Below, one piece after another: positions 1-9,431 of a stretch of 32,000 bases of DNA (its first letter is position 1; every line of letters begins with the position of its first letter). The position numbers and the translations under genes were made by a program. This stretch comes from Ignavibacteriales bacterium. Its GTDB lineage: Bacteria; Bacteroidota; Ignavibacteria; Ignavibacteriales; Melioribacteraceae. Where the stretch lies: the NCBI GenBank assembly GCA_021740915.1, contig JAIOYW010000012.1, forward strand, positions 128,636-160,635, written 5' to 3'. The notes under the pieces are model-generated. The model saw only the letters and a list, made by a program, of their open reading frames with translations. It made no database searches and was not told the origin of the DNA.

Positions 1-362
1 CTCATAGCTAATTTATCGCGAAAGTATCTGGCTGTTGTATCGCCCATTCCGGGTACACGCAGATGCTCCCGCAGCCTTGCCGCTTTTTCAACATCAAAAT
101 CATCGAGAGCAACAATCCTGTAATAGTCCTCCGACCTTGCCAAAAAACTGACGCTGTTAATAAGTTGCTCCACATCCCATTTTTTATCAATATCGGGCAT
201 ATAGTAAATTTCATCGAGACTCTCGCGGGGCCAGTCAGCATCCTGAAGGCTCTGGGATGTCACAAGAATAACTCTGGCTCCCTCGCGTTTAGCCTGACGG
301 ATAAATTCCTGTCCTTTTTCATAGCTTGAGATACAGAGAATAGTTTTTTGATCTTCTTTCAT
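1..362 (-). CDS. ATP-grasp family protein (carboxylate-amine ligase type), N-terminal ~120 aa only; the gene continues past the left edge
   Basis: Not in the ORF track because no stop lies in the window. My reverse-strand translation from ATG (362-360) stays open to position 1: [120 protein letters not shown]. The [10 protein letters not shown]...LRxxLxxPG pattern matches the pre-ATP-grasp N-domain of this ligase family. Track ORFs 8..241(-) and 63..329(+) are other frames of this gene. Confidence 0.7.
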   Translation of the reverse strand, partial: MKEDQKTILCISSYEKGQEFIRQAKREGARVILVTSQSLQDADWPRESLDEIYYMPDIDKKWDVEQLINSVSFLARSEDYYRIVALDDFDVEKAARLREHLRVPGMGDTTARYFRDKLAM

Positions 363-597
363 ATCGCTCTCATATTTTATTTTATATTAGTAATATAATT
401 GCTTTTATTTTTGTGTGGGATTATTTAACAACTATGACCTCTTTTAGGAGACAGGCAAAAATTAAGCAGCAATAAGCCTCAATCAGAGCATTTTTAATTT
501 AATGTTTTTTTTATTTATATACGCAAGTAAACATATCAAAATTAAAAACTTAAAAGTTTAATAGCAGGATTTAATAATTTTATAAGTGGGAGTTATA

Positions 598-1788
598 ATG
601 CAGAAAGAAATGATCCTTGAAAAACAGAAACAGGCAGCAGATATTCTAAAAGAAAAAAACATTGATCTCTGGCTTACATTTGTGAGAGAAACCGGAAACA
701 TCAAAGACCCTATGCTTGAAATGATTGTCGGGACAAACGCTACGTGGCATTCAGCATTTATGATCACCTCAAAAGGTGAAAGAATAGCTATTGTCGGTTC
801 ATTAGAAGTTGCCAACATGGAATCGGTTGCAACCTTTCCTGAGATTATTGGTTATCTTAAGTCTGTTAAGGAAGATCTTGTTAATACGCTTAAACGACTT
901 GATCCCAAAACGATTGCAGTTAATTTCTCAAGAAATCAGCCGCTCGCCGATGGTCTCACTCATGGAATGTATCTTGAGCTGAAAGAAATATTAAAAGATA
1001 CACCTTACGGTGAGAGACTTATTTCTTCCGAGGAAATAGTAGCTGCACTTCGCGGAAGAAAATCTGAAACCGAGCTTGAGTTAATGAAAGAATCAATTAA
1101 ACTCTGCCTGAAGTATTTCGATGAAGTCACTAAGATGCTGACGCCGGGAATTTCTGAAAAGGAAGTGGCTGAATTTGTGCAAAAAAGAGTAAAGGAAGAC
1201 GGACTCGAATTATCCTGGGAAGCAGAATACTGCCCATCTGTTTTCACCGGACCTGATACCGCGGGAGCACATTCCGGTCCCACAGATCGTAAAATCCAGC
1301 GCGGGCATGTTATTAATATGGATTTTGGCGTTAAGTACAAGGGCTATTGCTCAGATCTTCAGCGAACATGGTATGTTCTAAGGGATGGTGAAACTGAAGC
1401 GCCCCCGGAAGTTATGAGGGGATTTAATGTAATCAAAGAATCGATAAGCCTGTCAGCCGCTCAACTGCGCCCCGGAAAAATGGGCTGGGAAATTGACGAG
1501 ATAGCAAGGGGTTATGTTGTCGCCAATGGTTATGAGGAGTATCCGCACGGCACTGGTCACCAGGTCGGCAAACATACCCATGATGGCGGCGGAATGCTCG
1601 GGCCAAGATGGGATCGTTATGGTAATGTACCCTATCTTCCGATCGAAAAAGGTCAGATATACACTATTGAGCCCCGGCTTACAATACCCGGATTCGGAAT
1701 CGCCACAATTGAAGAAGAAGTCGTTGTAACCGAGGATGGATGCAAATTTTTATCGCCGAGACAAACCGAATTGTATTTAATTAAATAA
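598..1788 (+). CDS. M24 family Xaa-Pro aminopeptidase/dipeptidase (creatinase-like N-domain plus pita-bread fold)
   Basis: The track ORF 586..1788 starts at GTG. I prefer the ATG at 598, preceded by GGGAG. M24 metal-ligand pattern is present: INMDFGVKYKGYCSDLQRT (two Asp), HGTGHQVG (His), YTIEPRL (Glu), IEEEVVVTEDG (Glu). Confidence 0.85.
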   Translation: MQKEMILEKQKQAADILKEKNIDLWLTFVRETGNIKDPMLEMIVGTNATWHSAFMITSKGERIAIVGSLEVANMESVATFPEIIGYLKSVKEDLVNTLKRLDPKTIAVNFSRNQPLADGLTHGMYLELKEILKDTPYGERLISSEEIVAALRGRKSETELELMKESIKLCLKYFDEVTKMLTPGISEKEVAEFVQKRVKEDGLELSWEAEYCPSVFTGPDTAGAHSGPTDRKIQRGHVINMDFGVKYKGYCSDLQRTWYVLRDGETEAPPEVMRGFNVIKESISLSAAQLRPGKMGWEIDEIARGYVVANGYEEYPHGTGHQVGKHTHDGGGMLGPRWDRYGNVPYLPIEKGQIYTIEPRLTIPGFGIATIEEEVVVTEDGCKFLSPRQTELYLIK

Positions 1789-1936
1789 TTTTTTTGTCAG
1801 CGGTAAATAATTAATTCTGTTCTTAATTATTATTCAGTTTCTTTGATAATAATTAAAAGATTATTGACAGTTTTTCCTTTTGCTGGAAATTTATAATTTT
1901 ATTCATACTGTGGAAAACGATGGAGAGTTAAAGAGA

Positions 1937-3958
1937 ATGCGCTTTTATTTTGTTGCATTATTGACTATAGTGATAATTGCATTAGCACATACGAATATAA
2001 TAACTGCACAGGGAGTTATCTCCCCGGATAAAATAATTGCCCTATTAGACAGCGCTAAAAATCACCGAGATTCAGATCTCGAAAAAGCCGAAGTCTTCGC
2101 CAAGGATGCGTTCAACTACAGCTTCCAGTTACAAAATGACTCCCTGATTGGGAAATCTTCCTATGCCCTTGGTCTGATAAATTATTTTCTGGCAAAGTAT
2201 AATGCATCGACCAATTATTACCGGCGCGCATTAGAAACAAATACTATTAAAAACAATCCCTTATTTGCGTCAGCATGCTGGAATAATATTGGAGTAAATT
2301 ATGATACTCAATCGATGTATCAGGAAGCAATCTATCCTTATCTGCAATCTCTTAAACTCGCTGAATCAACTGCAGATTCAACGGGTATTTTCCAGACTTA
2401 TATAAACCTCGGTTATCTTTATTCAAATATTTTTCAAAACGAAAAGGCTTACCAATACTTATTTCAGGCCGAAAAATATTTTTTATCAACGAAGGATGAT
2501 TACAATCTTGGACTCGTTAACCAGAATTTCGCGATCTATTATGAAAAAATATTGAATTTCAGGCTGGCTCATGAACGAAATATGATGGCGGCGGAATACT
2601 TTACAAAGGCAGGCGCTGAATCAAACGCCATCCAATGCGGGTTGAACAAAATTAGTTTTATGATGAAGGAAGGAATCTTCAATCGAATCGGGGAAGAACT
2701 TGAACAATTAATGAAGAGGATAGAGAATCTTGACAACCCAATTCTTATGGGATCGGCTTATGGTACAATGGCTAATTATTACATAAATACCGGCAGCTTT
2801 GATAAGGCGAAAGATATGTTGGCGCTTGCTGAAAATATTTATAAGGAACTTGGAGCCGAAAGGAAAATCCTTGGACTTTATAAATCCAGAATAATTTTAT
2901 TTTCACACACCGGAGAGACTCAGAAAGTTATCGAAGCTGTAAATAATTACGAATCACTCGTTGAAGTAATCTTTAATTCTGAAACCTCGTCAAAATTTGC
3001 CGAGTACAATTCTATATATGAGGATGAAAAGAAAACATCTCAATTAGTAATACTGAACAACAAACTGCAAGCAAAAAACCAGATCATTACTTTGTGGATT
3101 CTTCTGAGCATAATTTTTATCGCCGGAGCAATAGTTATTTTAATTCTTTATCTGAATATCAGGAAAAAACGTAATGATTTATTGCAGAAATCTGAAAATC
3201 TGAAAATCGCAAAAGAAACTGCTGAAAAACTTGCTGAAGAGGAAAAAACGTTAAGAAGTAAAGCTGAAGAAGAAAACCGCCAGAAAAATGAAATTCTAAG
3301 TATCGTTTCACATGATCTGAAAAATCCTGTTTTTGGTGTAATCGGATTGACCGAAATTTTAGAGGAGGACGGAGAACTCAACCCCAGAGACAGAGAATAT
3401 CTTCAGATGATTGGAGAAGCCGGTCAGAAGATGAAAGACCTGATCACTCAATTCCTCAATTTCAGTACTGCGGAGGGAAATAATTTTGAACCTCATTATA
3501 TATCTATTGATCCGGTGATTGAAATCAAAAAAATTTCACAGGGTTTTCTTCCGGCAGCATCCAAAAAATCTCAAAATGTGGTTTTTGAATCAGAACTCTC
3601 AACTCCGGTATCCATTCAGGTCGATCCGGTACTCTTTAATGCAATTTTTGATAATCTAATCAGCAATGCAATTAAATTTTCCAAACCCGGGTACGATATA
3701 TTACTTAAAATCTTCATTGAACAAGAAAAACTGAATATCTCAGTGAAGGATTTCGGTCCGGGATTCAGTGAAGAGGATAAAGTTCAGATGTTTCAACCAT
3801 TTAAAAAGCTATCAGCCACCCCGACAGCCAATGAACCCAGCAGCGGAATTGGTTTATCAGTAGTTAAGCGTTTCGTTAATTTGAACAGAGCCGAAATGAG
3901 ACTTAACAGCACAATGGGCGAGGGCGCTGAGTTTATCATCAGCTTTAAAATTTCGTAA
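1937..3958 (+). CDS. TPR-repeat sensor histidine kinase (HisKA + HATPase_c), single-pass membrane
   Basis: The track ORF starts at TTG 1880. The ATG at 1937, preceded by GGAGAG, gives a hydrophobic N-terminus MRFYFVALLTIVIIALA. A long TPR-like helical repeat region is followed by the TM helix IITLWILLSIIFIAGAIVILILYL and a coiled coil. Kinase motifs: H-box SIVSHDLKNP, N-box FDNLISNAIKFS, G1 VKDFGPGF, G2 SSGIGLSVV. No response regulator lies adjacent. Confidence 0.85.
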   Translation: MRFYFVALLTIVIIALAHTNIITAQGVISPDKIIALLDSAKNHRDSDLEKAEVFAKDAFNYSFQLQNDSLIGKSSYALGLINYFLAKYNASTNYYRRALETNTIKNNPLFASACWNNIGVNYDTQSMYQEAIYPYLQSLKLAESTADSTGIFQTYINLGYLYSNIFQNEKAYQYLFQAEKYFLSTKDDYNLGLVNQNFAIYYEKILNFRLAHERNMMAAEYFTKAGAESNAIQCGLNKISFMMKEGIFNRIGEELEQLMKRIENLDNPILMGSAYGTMANYYINTGSFDKAKDMLALAENIYKELGAERKILGLYKSRIILFSHTGETQKVIEAVNNYESLVEVIFNSETSSKFAEYNSIYEDEKKTSQLVILNNKLQAKNQIITLWILLSIIFIAGAIVILILYLNIRKKRNDLLQKSENLKIAKETAEKLAEEEKTLRSKAEEENRQKNEILSIVSHDLKNPVFGVIGLTEILEEDGELNPRDREYLQMIGEAGQKMKDLITQFLNFSTAEGNNFEPHYISIDPVIEIKKISQGFLPAASKKSQNVVFESELSTPVSIQVDPVLFNAIFDNLISNAIKFSKPGYDILLKIFIEQEKLNISVKDFGPGFSEEDKVQMFQPFKKLSATPTANEPSSGIGLSVVKRFVNLNRAEMRLNSTMGEGAEFIISFKIS

Positions 3959-4014
3959 TAATTTTCAACTTTATTTATCAGGACAAGAATTTTCCAATAA
4001 ATAAATGGTGTAAA

Positions 4015-5796
4015 ATGAAAAAGATATTTTGTGCAGCGCTTATTTTAATCATTCATTTGCAGGCACAGGAGCTTGTTATCAACTCTTTTGATCAGCCCGA
4101 TCCAGACCCAAATTATTTCCTTCAATTATCCTCTCAATTTGCTGATCCGCAATTTAGTTATATGAATTTATCTTACATCCCCGGGACAGGACATGATGGC
4201 GGCACCGGGATGACTGTTGATTATAGCGTTCATAATTGTGAGGTCTGGGGCGGCTACACAAAACTGGAGCACTGGAAAAGTGAACCTGATCTGGTTTATG
4301 ACTGGTCTGAATACGACAGTCTTTCAATATGGTACAATAATGTAATTCCTGAAAGCCAATCCGGGAGAGTTCATCTGAGAATTAACCTTCACGATGTTAG
4401 TAATTCTCCCAATGGTAACAATACCTATAATGTACTTGATACCGAATATTATTACTCCTTCCATTATATCCTCGATAATGCGCCAGGCTGGCACAATATA
4501 ACATTTCCTCTTGTAAATAATTATTCATGGGACGGGAATGGTTTTAATCTTACAGGATGGTCTGGAATAACCGGCAATGCAATTCTTGACAGGGATAAAA
4601 TTAAAGGATTTTCTTTTGAACTCTCAATTAATGGAGGCGGGGAAGGAGACCATGTCAGCGGTCAATTTATTCTCGATAATTTCACCATCAAAAAAGGTAC
4701 GCATGTTATGTATGGCAGCTTTGTAACGAAATCCGGGTGGAATCTGGTTTCGGTGCCATTGATAACCGATGATATGTCCGTTACAACACTTTACCCCTCG
4801 GCTACCTCGCAGGCATTTGAGTTTAACGGCTCTTACAATGCTGTATCTACTCTCGAGAATGGAAAGGGGTACTGGATCAAGTTTGATGGGATTGATACAA
4901 TTGGAATTTCCGGCACAGCTCCGCCAAGAATAATTTTTGTTGATGAAGGCTGGAATTTGATCGGCCCTTTTTATTCTGTATTCCCGACTACAAGTATAAT
5001 AACAGAACCGGCAAATATTATCGCCTCATCCTTTTTCAAATATGATGGTTCTTACCAAAGCACCAATATACTTATTCCTTTTTCCGGTTATTGGGTAAAA
5101 GTCAATTCGTCGGGCGTATTGATTCTCGAAAACCGGCTTTTAATGAGCAAATCAGATAAAGATATTGTTCATAGTGTTCAGGGAAAAATAAATATAACCG
5201 ATAATTCCGGTAATTTTGCTGAATTGTTTGTTGCCCAAAGGAATTCCGGGGACTCTTATGAACTTCCGCCTGCGCCTCCCTATGGTGCTTTTGATGTGCG
5301 TTTTACCGATGGGACTTATGGTTCCGACCTGAATTCCGGAGAGCAGATTATCAGCATCAGCGGTGCAGAATTCCCTGTCCAAATTACGAATGACGGTCCC
5401 GCCTTGCGATTCAGAGACAACATCAATGGTGAACTGCTGGATTTCACACTTCTGGCAGGTCAAAAAGAAATTATCCGGGACAGCCGTTTCTCTGCTCTGC
5501 ATATATCTATTGCAGAAACCCCGGTAGCATTCGATCTTTTCCAGAATTTCCCAAATCCATTTAATCCGACGACCAAAATTAAATTTTCAATATCCAGCTC
5601 AGAGTCAGGACAGTGGACAACACTAAAAATCTTCGATTTTCTTGGTTCAGAAATTACTACCCTTTTTGAAGGAATTTACGACCCCGGGATATTTGAAGTT
5701 GAATTTAATGCGGCAGATCTTTCTTCCGGCGTTTACTTCTATCGGCTGAACAGCGGCGGCAGGGTAATAACCAAAAAGTGCCTGTATCTAAAGTAA
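4015..5796 (+). CDS. Secreted protein with T9SS C-terminal sorting domain; N-terminal region is possibly carbohydrate-binding-like, function unknown
   Basis: Signal peptide MKKIFCAALILIIHLQAQE. C-terminal ~80 aa reads FDLFQNFPNPFNPTTKIKFSI...LKIFDFLGSEITTLFEG...LSSGVYFYRLNSGG, the canonical Por/T9SS tail. The rest has no motif I can name. Confidence 0.8.
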   Translation: MKKIFCAALILIIHLQAQELVINSFDQPDPDPNYFLQLSSQFADPQFSYMNLSYIPGTGHDGGTGMTVDYSVHNCEVWGGYTKLEHWKSEPDLVYDWSEYDSLSIWYNNVIPESQSGRVHLRINLHDVSNSPNGNNTYNVLDTEYYYSFHYILDNAPGWHNITFPLVNNYSWDGNGFNLTGWSGITGNAILDRDKIKGFSFELSINGGGEGDHVSGQFILDNFTIKKGTHVMYGSFVTKSGWNLVSVPLITDDMSVTTLYPSATSQAFEFNGSYNAVSTLENGKGYWIKFDGIDTIGISGTAPPRIIFVDEGWNLIGPFYSVFPTTSIITEPANIIASSFFKYDGSYQSTNILIPFSGYWVKVNSSGVLILENRLLMSKSDKDIVHSVQGKINITDNSGNFAELFVAQRNSGDSYELPPAPPYGAFDVRFTDGTYGSDLNSGEQIISISGAEFPVQITNDGPALRFRDNINGELLDFTLLAGQKEIIRDSRFSALHISIAETPVAFDLFQNFPNPFNPTTKIKFSISSSESGQWTTLKIFDFLGSEITTLFEGIYDPGIFEVEFNAADLSSGVYFYRLNSGGRVITKKCLYLK

Positions 5797-5818
5797 ATCG
5801 TCAAAATTGTTTGCCTAC

Positions 5819-5847
5819 AAAGTCCGGCTATCCCCGGGCTTTTTTTA
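5819..5847 (+). terminator. Rho-independent terminator after the T9SS cargo gene, between convergent genes
   Basis: Stem aaagtccgg (5819-5827) pairs with ccgggcttt (5834-5842): 9 bp including one G-U, loop ctatcc. A T-run follows to about 5846. It sits 23 nt after the stop at 5796. Confidence 0.7.
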
Positions 5848-5853
5848 TTTGTT

Positions 5854-7041
5854 TCAATCACCTGAGGTTTCTCCGGCAATAGAAGTAACCCTATAATCAT
5901 TTTTCTGCGCTTTTGGTTTTAGGCCGAAAAGCAATCGCGCAGGATTATTCCACCTGATGAGGACCTCATAAATAAGTACTGTTCCGCCGACAGTAGCTAT
6001 AATCACGAGCGCAAACTTCGACCATAGCGAGATATCCCACTGAAGTATATAAAAACCGGCACTCATCATTACCGATTGATGCAGGATATAGAAAGGATAT
6101 ACAGATTCATTCGCATAAGTCAGGAATCGACCTGGTTTGTTTAAGTGTTTTCTTGCAATTCCGAATATTGCAAAATGAATAGCAAGTATATTTACAGATT
6201 TAATGATACCGTAGATATAGTCGGCAAATGTATAATCGGGGAATAGATCAATCACCGGGAACCATGCTGTGAACATAAGCAGCGCTGATAGAAAAAGGGC
6301 GGTTTTTATGCTCAGAGATGTGTTCTTGTCAATTATTTCCCAAAATTTATCGTTGCTGCAAATAATAAATCCAAGAATAAAAAACGTCATCGAATAGAAA
6401 AAATTATACCAGTCGTTTATCAGATCATGCGTCTCAGGCCAATCGAATGCAAACAAATAATAAACAACTGTCAGAGGAATAGCAAACAAAAAAATTCTCC
6501 CTTTGGGAGTCATATAATCCGTCAGCCGGTTAATTATTATTTTCCCCCTGCCTGACATAAAAAACATAAACAGGGGCAGGCAAAGAATACAGAACACAAA
6601 CAGGTAAACAATAAACCACAAATGGTGCCAGGAGAAATTACCTGCCGGATATGATTGAAATTGAAGTACAAGTTTATAGAATTCAAAATATGAGTATTCA
6701 GCTCCTTTCCATATTCTCTCGAAATAAATCTGAGGTGGAACAACTACAAACATTCCAAAAATTAACGGAATCAGCAAACGCCTCGATCTCTCTGCTATAA
6801 ATTGTAAAGGACTGCGCCGCTTCATAGCAAAACGAACCCCCATGCCGGAGACAATAAAAAGCAGCGGCAGCCTCCACTGATGAAAAAATGTTATAAATGG
6901 TGAGAAGATTTCAGAAGTTTCGTTGTTTTTGAAGTGAAAATCATAGGGTACAAAAAACATGGAGGAGTGAAAGAAAATAAGAAAGTAGAATGCTATCACG
7001 CGCACCCAGTCAATATCGTACCTTCTATCTGTAGATTCCAC
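5854..7041 (-). CDS. Acyltransferase family 3 (OpgC/OafA-like) integral membrane protein
   Basis: N-terminal RRYDIDWVRVIAFYFLIFFHSSMFF is the hallmark start of acyltransferase_3 proteins. About 10 predicted hydrophobic helices span the 395 aa. Confidence 0.8.
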   Translation of the reverse strand: MESTDRRYDIDWVRVIAFYFLIFFHSSMFFVPYDFHFKNNETSEIFSPFITFFHQWRLPLLFIVSGMGVRFAMKRRSPLQFIAERSRRLLIPLIFGMFVVVPPQIYFERIWKGAEYSYFEFYKLVLQFQSYPAGNFSWHHLWFIVYLFVFCILCLPLFMFFMSGRGKIIINRLTDYMTPKGRIFLFAIPLTVVYYLFAFDWPETHDLINDWYNFFYSMTFFILGFIICSNDKFWEIIDKNTSLSIKTALFLSALLMFTAWFPVIDLFPDYTFADYIYGIIKSVNILAIHFAIFGIARKHLNKPGRFLTYANESVYPFYILHQSVMMSAGFYILQWDISLWSKFALVIIATVGGTVLIYEVLIRWNNPARLLFGLKPKAQKNDYRVTSIAGETSGD

Positions 7042-7384
7042 ATAATTCTCCGGAAAATATTTGTCAAAATTAAATGAAATTCCAGAAATGTTTAAATATC
7101 AAAATGAAAATATTTATATGTCCGAACGAGTTAAGTTACTCATTACTCTATTGATAAAATAATCTTTTCAGGTTTTTGGAGCATTCTCTGCCTCCAAACA
7201 TGATTTTGCTCTTAGCAATATCTGTTTGCTTAATCCTGAAGAGAATTCATATTGGTTTTCCAACTCATATTGAACTCAACCTCTGCTGTTTCTTGTCCTA
7301 TTCTTTTTGTTGCTTCTCTGACTGTAAACATTTGCTCCTCAATATGTTATCTAAACTTACTCCTTTTTGAGGGGCCATTTTACA

Positions 7385-9178
7385 CTATTTAAGTAAAATC
7401 ATTTTTTTTACTTCCGAATTTACTGAGCCTTCCTGTGAACCAATTGAAATCTTATAAAAATATACTCCGCCTGCCAATCCGGATGAGTTAAATCGCACTT
7501 TGTACCTGCCCGCTTCCTGCGCGGCGCTGACCAGTTCAGCTACATTTCTGCCGAGCATATCAAAAACACTCAGTTTTACAAAATTATCATCAACTAATTC
7601 ATAACCGATTGTTGTTTCAGGATTAAAAGGATTGGGATAATTCTGGAACAGATTAAAATCTTTCACTAAAATATTTGTCTCCTCAACACCTGATGGTTCG
7701 ACCAGTTTATACTTTACAAGAAATTCACCTCCCACACCGGCGGAAAGATTTAATATCCTCTCTTTTTGATTAAAGTCATAATAAGCAACCCCATCAAGAA
7801 GTATTTCATCTATTATCAGCCCGTCATCCTGAAATGCAATGGGATTCATTCTTATCGCTCCGTTCTCAGAAGAAGGAAGAATTCTGTAATAGAGAGATAC
7901 CGGTTGTTTATGGAGCATCAGATTACCATAAAGGTAAGCATAATAACCTGTTTCTATGGAATGATAAGCGGCTTTATACGGTGAACCTTTATTATCCCCC
8001 CAGCCTGGAGGTGGTGTCCCCCATTTAAGCCTGTCCATATATATTTCACCATAAACAGGATCGACAAAATACTGCATAAAAAAATCCAACGATTCATCCG
8101 CCGCTTTCAGATACTTTTCGTCTCCTGTAAGATAATATAACTCAAGACCACCGGTCACCGCCTGTTCCATCTGCCACCATGCTTTTGCAGTATCCTGCCC
8201 GTACATCAGCATAACACCGTTTATGCGGTTATAATCCTTATAAGGCCCGCCAAACTGATGGTCGTAACCTTTGCTTAATACATCGTTAAAAAGAGTTTCG
8301 GCTGCCTCCAGATATCTCGGATCAGGGATGTAGTTATAAATTCTGCCGAGACACCAGGCTGTTTTAAGAACATGCCCCATAATAGTTGTAGTCTCGCTAG
8401 TTTTAATCCTCCAATAGCTGTCATATTTCTCAGCAAAACCGATTACCCCGGCATTCATACTCGTCAGAAGCCTTACAGACATATTTTCCGCCATATCAAG
8501 AAGACGCTGGTAATAAAGGCTGTCTCCCGTCATAAGATACAGACCGAGCAAATGTGTTGTTACTGCGTCAACAGTGGCGTTAAAACTTTTATCGTATCTG
8601 CCTGTCAGGTTATAATTGGCATAATCATAGTAACCGTAAAATTGTGTGCTGCTATCCCAGTATTTCTGTTCGAGAATGTCGAATCCTTTTTTAAGCATTT
8701 TCCAATGGGAAGTGTCCCTTGTTGTCTCATAAAATGCTGTAATTCCGAGAAGAGCGTAATGCTGGTCGAAAGCGCTTTTATTTGCAGTCGGGTTTTTAGG
8801 ATTACCGTAAATATCAAGGTCGCCATACCAGCCGCCGTATGTATCATCCCAGGCATGATCATACATCCATTGTAATATTTCATCTGCCTTATTAAGATAT
8901 TCATCCTTACCGGTAAGCATGTATGCCCGTACATAACCATAAGCATTCCTTGTTTGGGAAAGCATTGCTTTTGTACTGCCGAAAGGATTACCCTGACGGT
9001 TAACATCGCTGTAAAAGCCTCCCCGGGAATTATCCCATGCAGGATACCAGAACTGCGCACAACTGTCAATGTAAGGGATATTACGGGCGGGTTCCGACAA
9101 ATGCCAGGATTTCGGGACATACTGACCTGAAGAGATTGATGCGAAAATTAGTACGAGACTGATTATAAGTCTGTTCAT
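7385..9178 (-). CDS. Secreted (alpha/alpha)6-barrel protein of the N-acylglucosamine 2-epimerase (AGE) superfamily with T9SS C-terminal sorting domain
   Basis: The track ORF starts at 9202. The ATG at 9178 gives the signal peptide MNRLIISLVLIFASISSGQ. AGE-type motifs recur: NSRGGFYSDVNRQGNP, DDTYGGWYGDLDIYGNP, DHQFGGPYKDYNRINGV, DPVYGEIYMDRLKWGTP. C-terminal tail reads FNLFQNYPNPFNPETTIGYEL...LSVFDMLGRNVAELV...AGGVYFYKISIG. Confidence 0.75.
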   Translation of the reverse strand: MNRLIISLVLIFASISSGQYVPKSWHLSEPARNIPYIDSCAQFWYPAWDNSRGGFYSDVNRQGNPFGSTKAMLSQTRNAYGYVRAYMLTGKDEYLNKADEILQWMYDHAWDDTYGGWYGDLDIYGNPKNPTANKSAFDQHYALLGITAFYETTRDTSHWKMLKKGFDILEQKYWDSSTQFYGYYDYANYNLTGRYDKSFNATVDAVTTHLLGLYLMTGDSLYYQRLLDMAENMSVRLLTSMNAGVIGFAEKYDSYWRIKTSETTTIMGHVLKTAWCLGRIYNYIPDPRYLEAAETLFNDVLSKGYDHQFGGPYKDYNRINGVMLMYGQDTAKAWWQMEQAVTGGLELYYLTGDEKYLKAADESLDFFMQYFVDPVYGEIYMDRLKWGTPPPGWGDNKGSPYKAAYHSIETGYYAYLYGNLMLHKQPVSLYYRILPSSENGAIRMNPIAFQDDGLIIDEILLDGVAYYDFNQKERILNLSAGVGGEFLVKYKLVEPSGVEETNILVKDFNLFQNYPNPFNPETTIGYELVDDNFVKLSVFDMLGRNVAELVSAAQEAGRYKVRFNSSGLAGGVYFYKISIGSQEGSVNSEVKKMILLK

Positions 9179-9431
9179 AATAAAAAAATCGTAAATTGAC
9201 AAAAAATAAAGATAGGAAAATCCCTGGATATGGTCTCAGTGAATGACAAAAGCTTATCAGGCAATCTATTACAAAATGGGGTTCCGCTTAACACTCTGGT
9301 CCATCGGTTGGATTAGCTTTTCATTGCGATCAGTTTCAAAAAAAACCACATAAAAGCAGGAGCAGGTAACAAAGCCCGGTACTAAAGTAAAAAATTAAAT
9401 GACAATACCTGCTGTTGGTAAAAATTGTTTT

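Noticed and set aside
1937-3958. TPR sensor histidine kinase as the Detocs-DtcA-like partner of the REC proteins in the right-hand cluster
   Set aside because: The architecture (TPR sensor plus HK) resembles DtcA. However, the gene lies ~15 kb away in the compositionally different left region and is separated by opposite-strand genes. TPR-HK orphans are common in FCB genomes, and the cluster has its own HK-like protein.
7176-7370. 64-aa plus-strand ORF in the spacer between two minus-strand genes
   Set aside because: It is Cys/Leu-rich low-complexity sequence on the strand opposite both neighbours, with no motif. It is most likely a chance ORF in an intergenic or promoter region.
9361-9413. 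agcaggta / tacctgct inverted repeat as terminator of the LtaS-like gene
   Set aside because: It forms only an 8-bp stem around a ~38-nt loop, and no U-run follows on the minus strand. This is not convincing as an intrinsic terminator.
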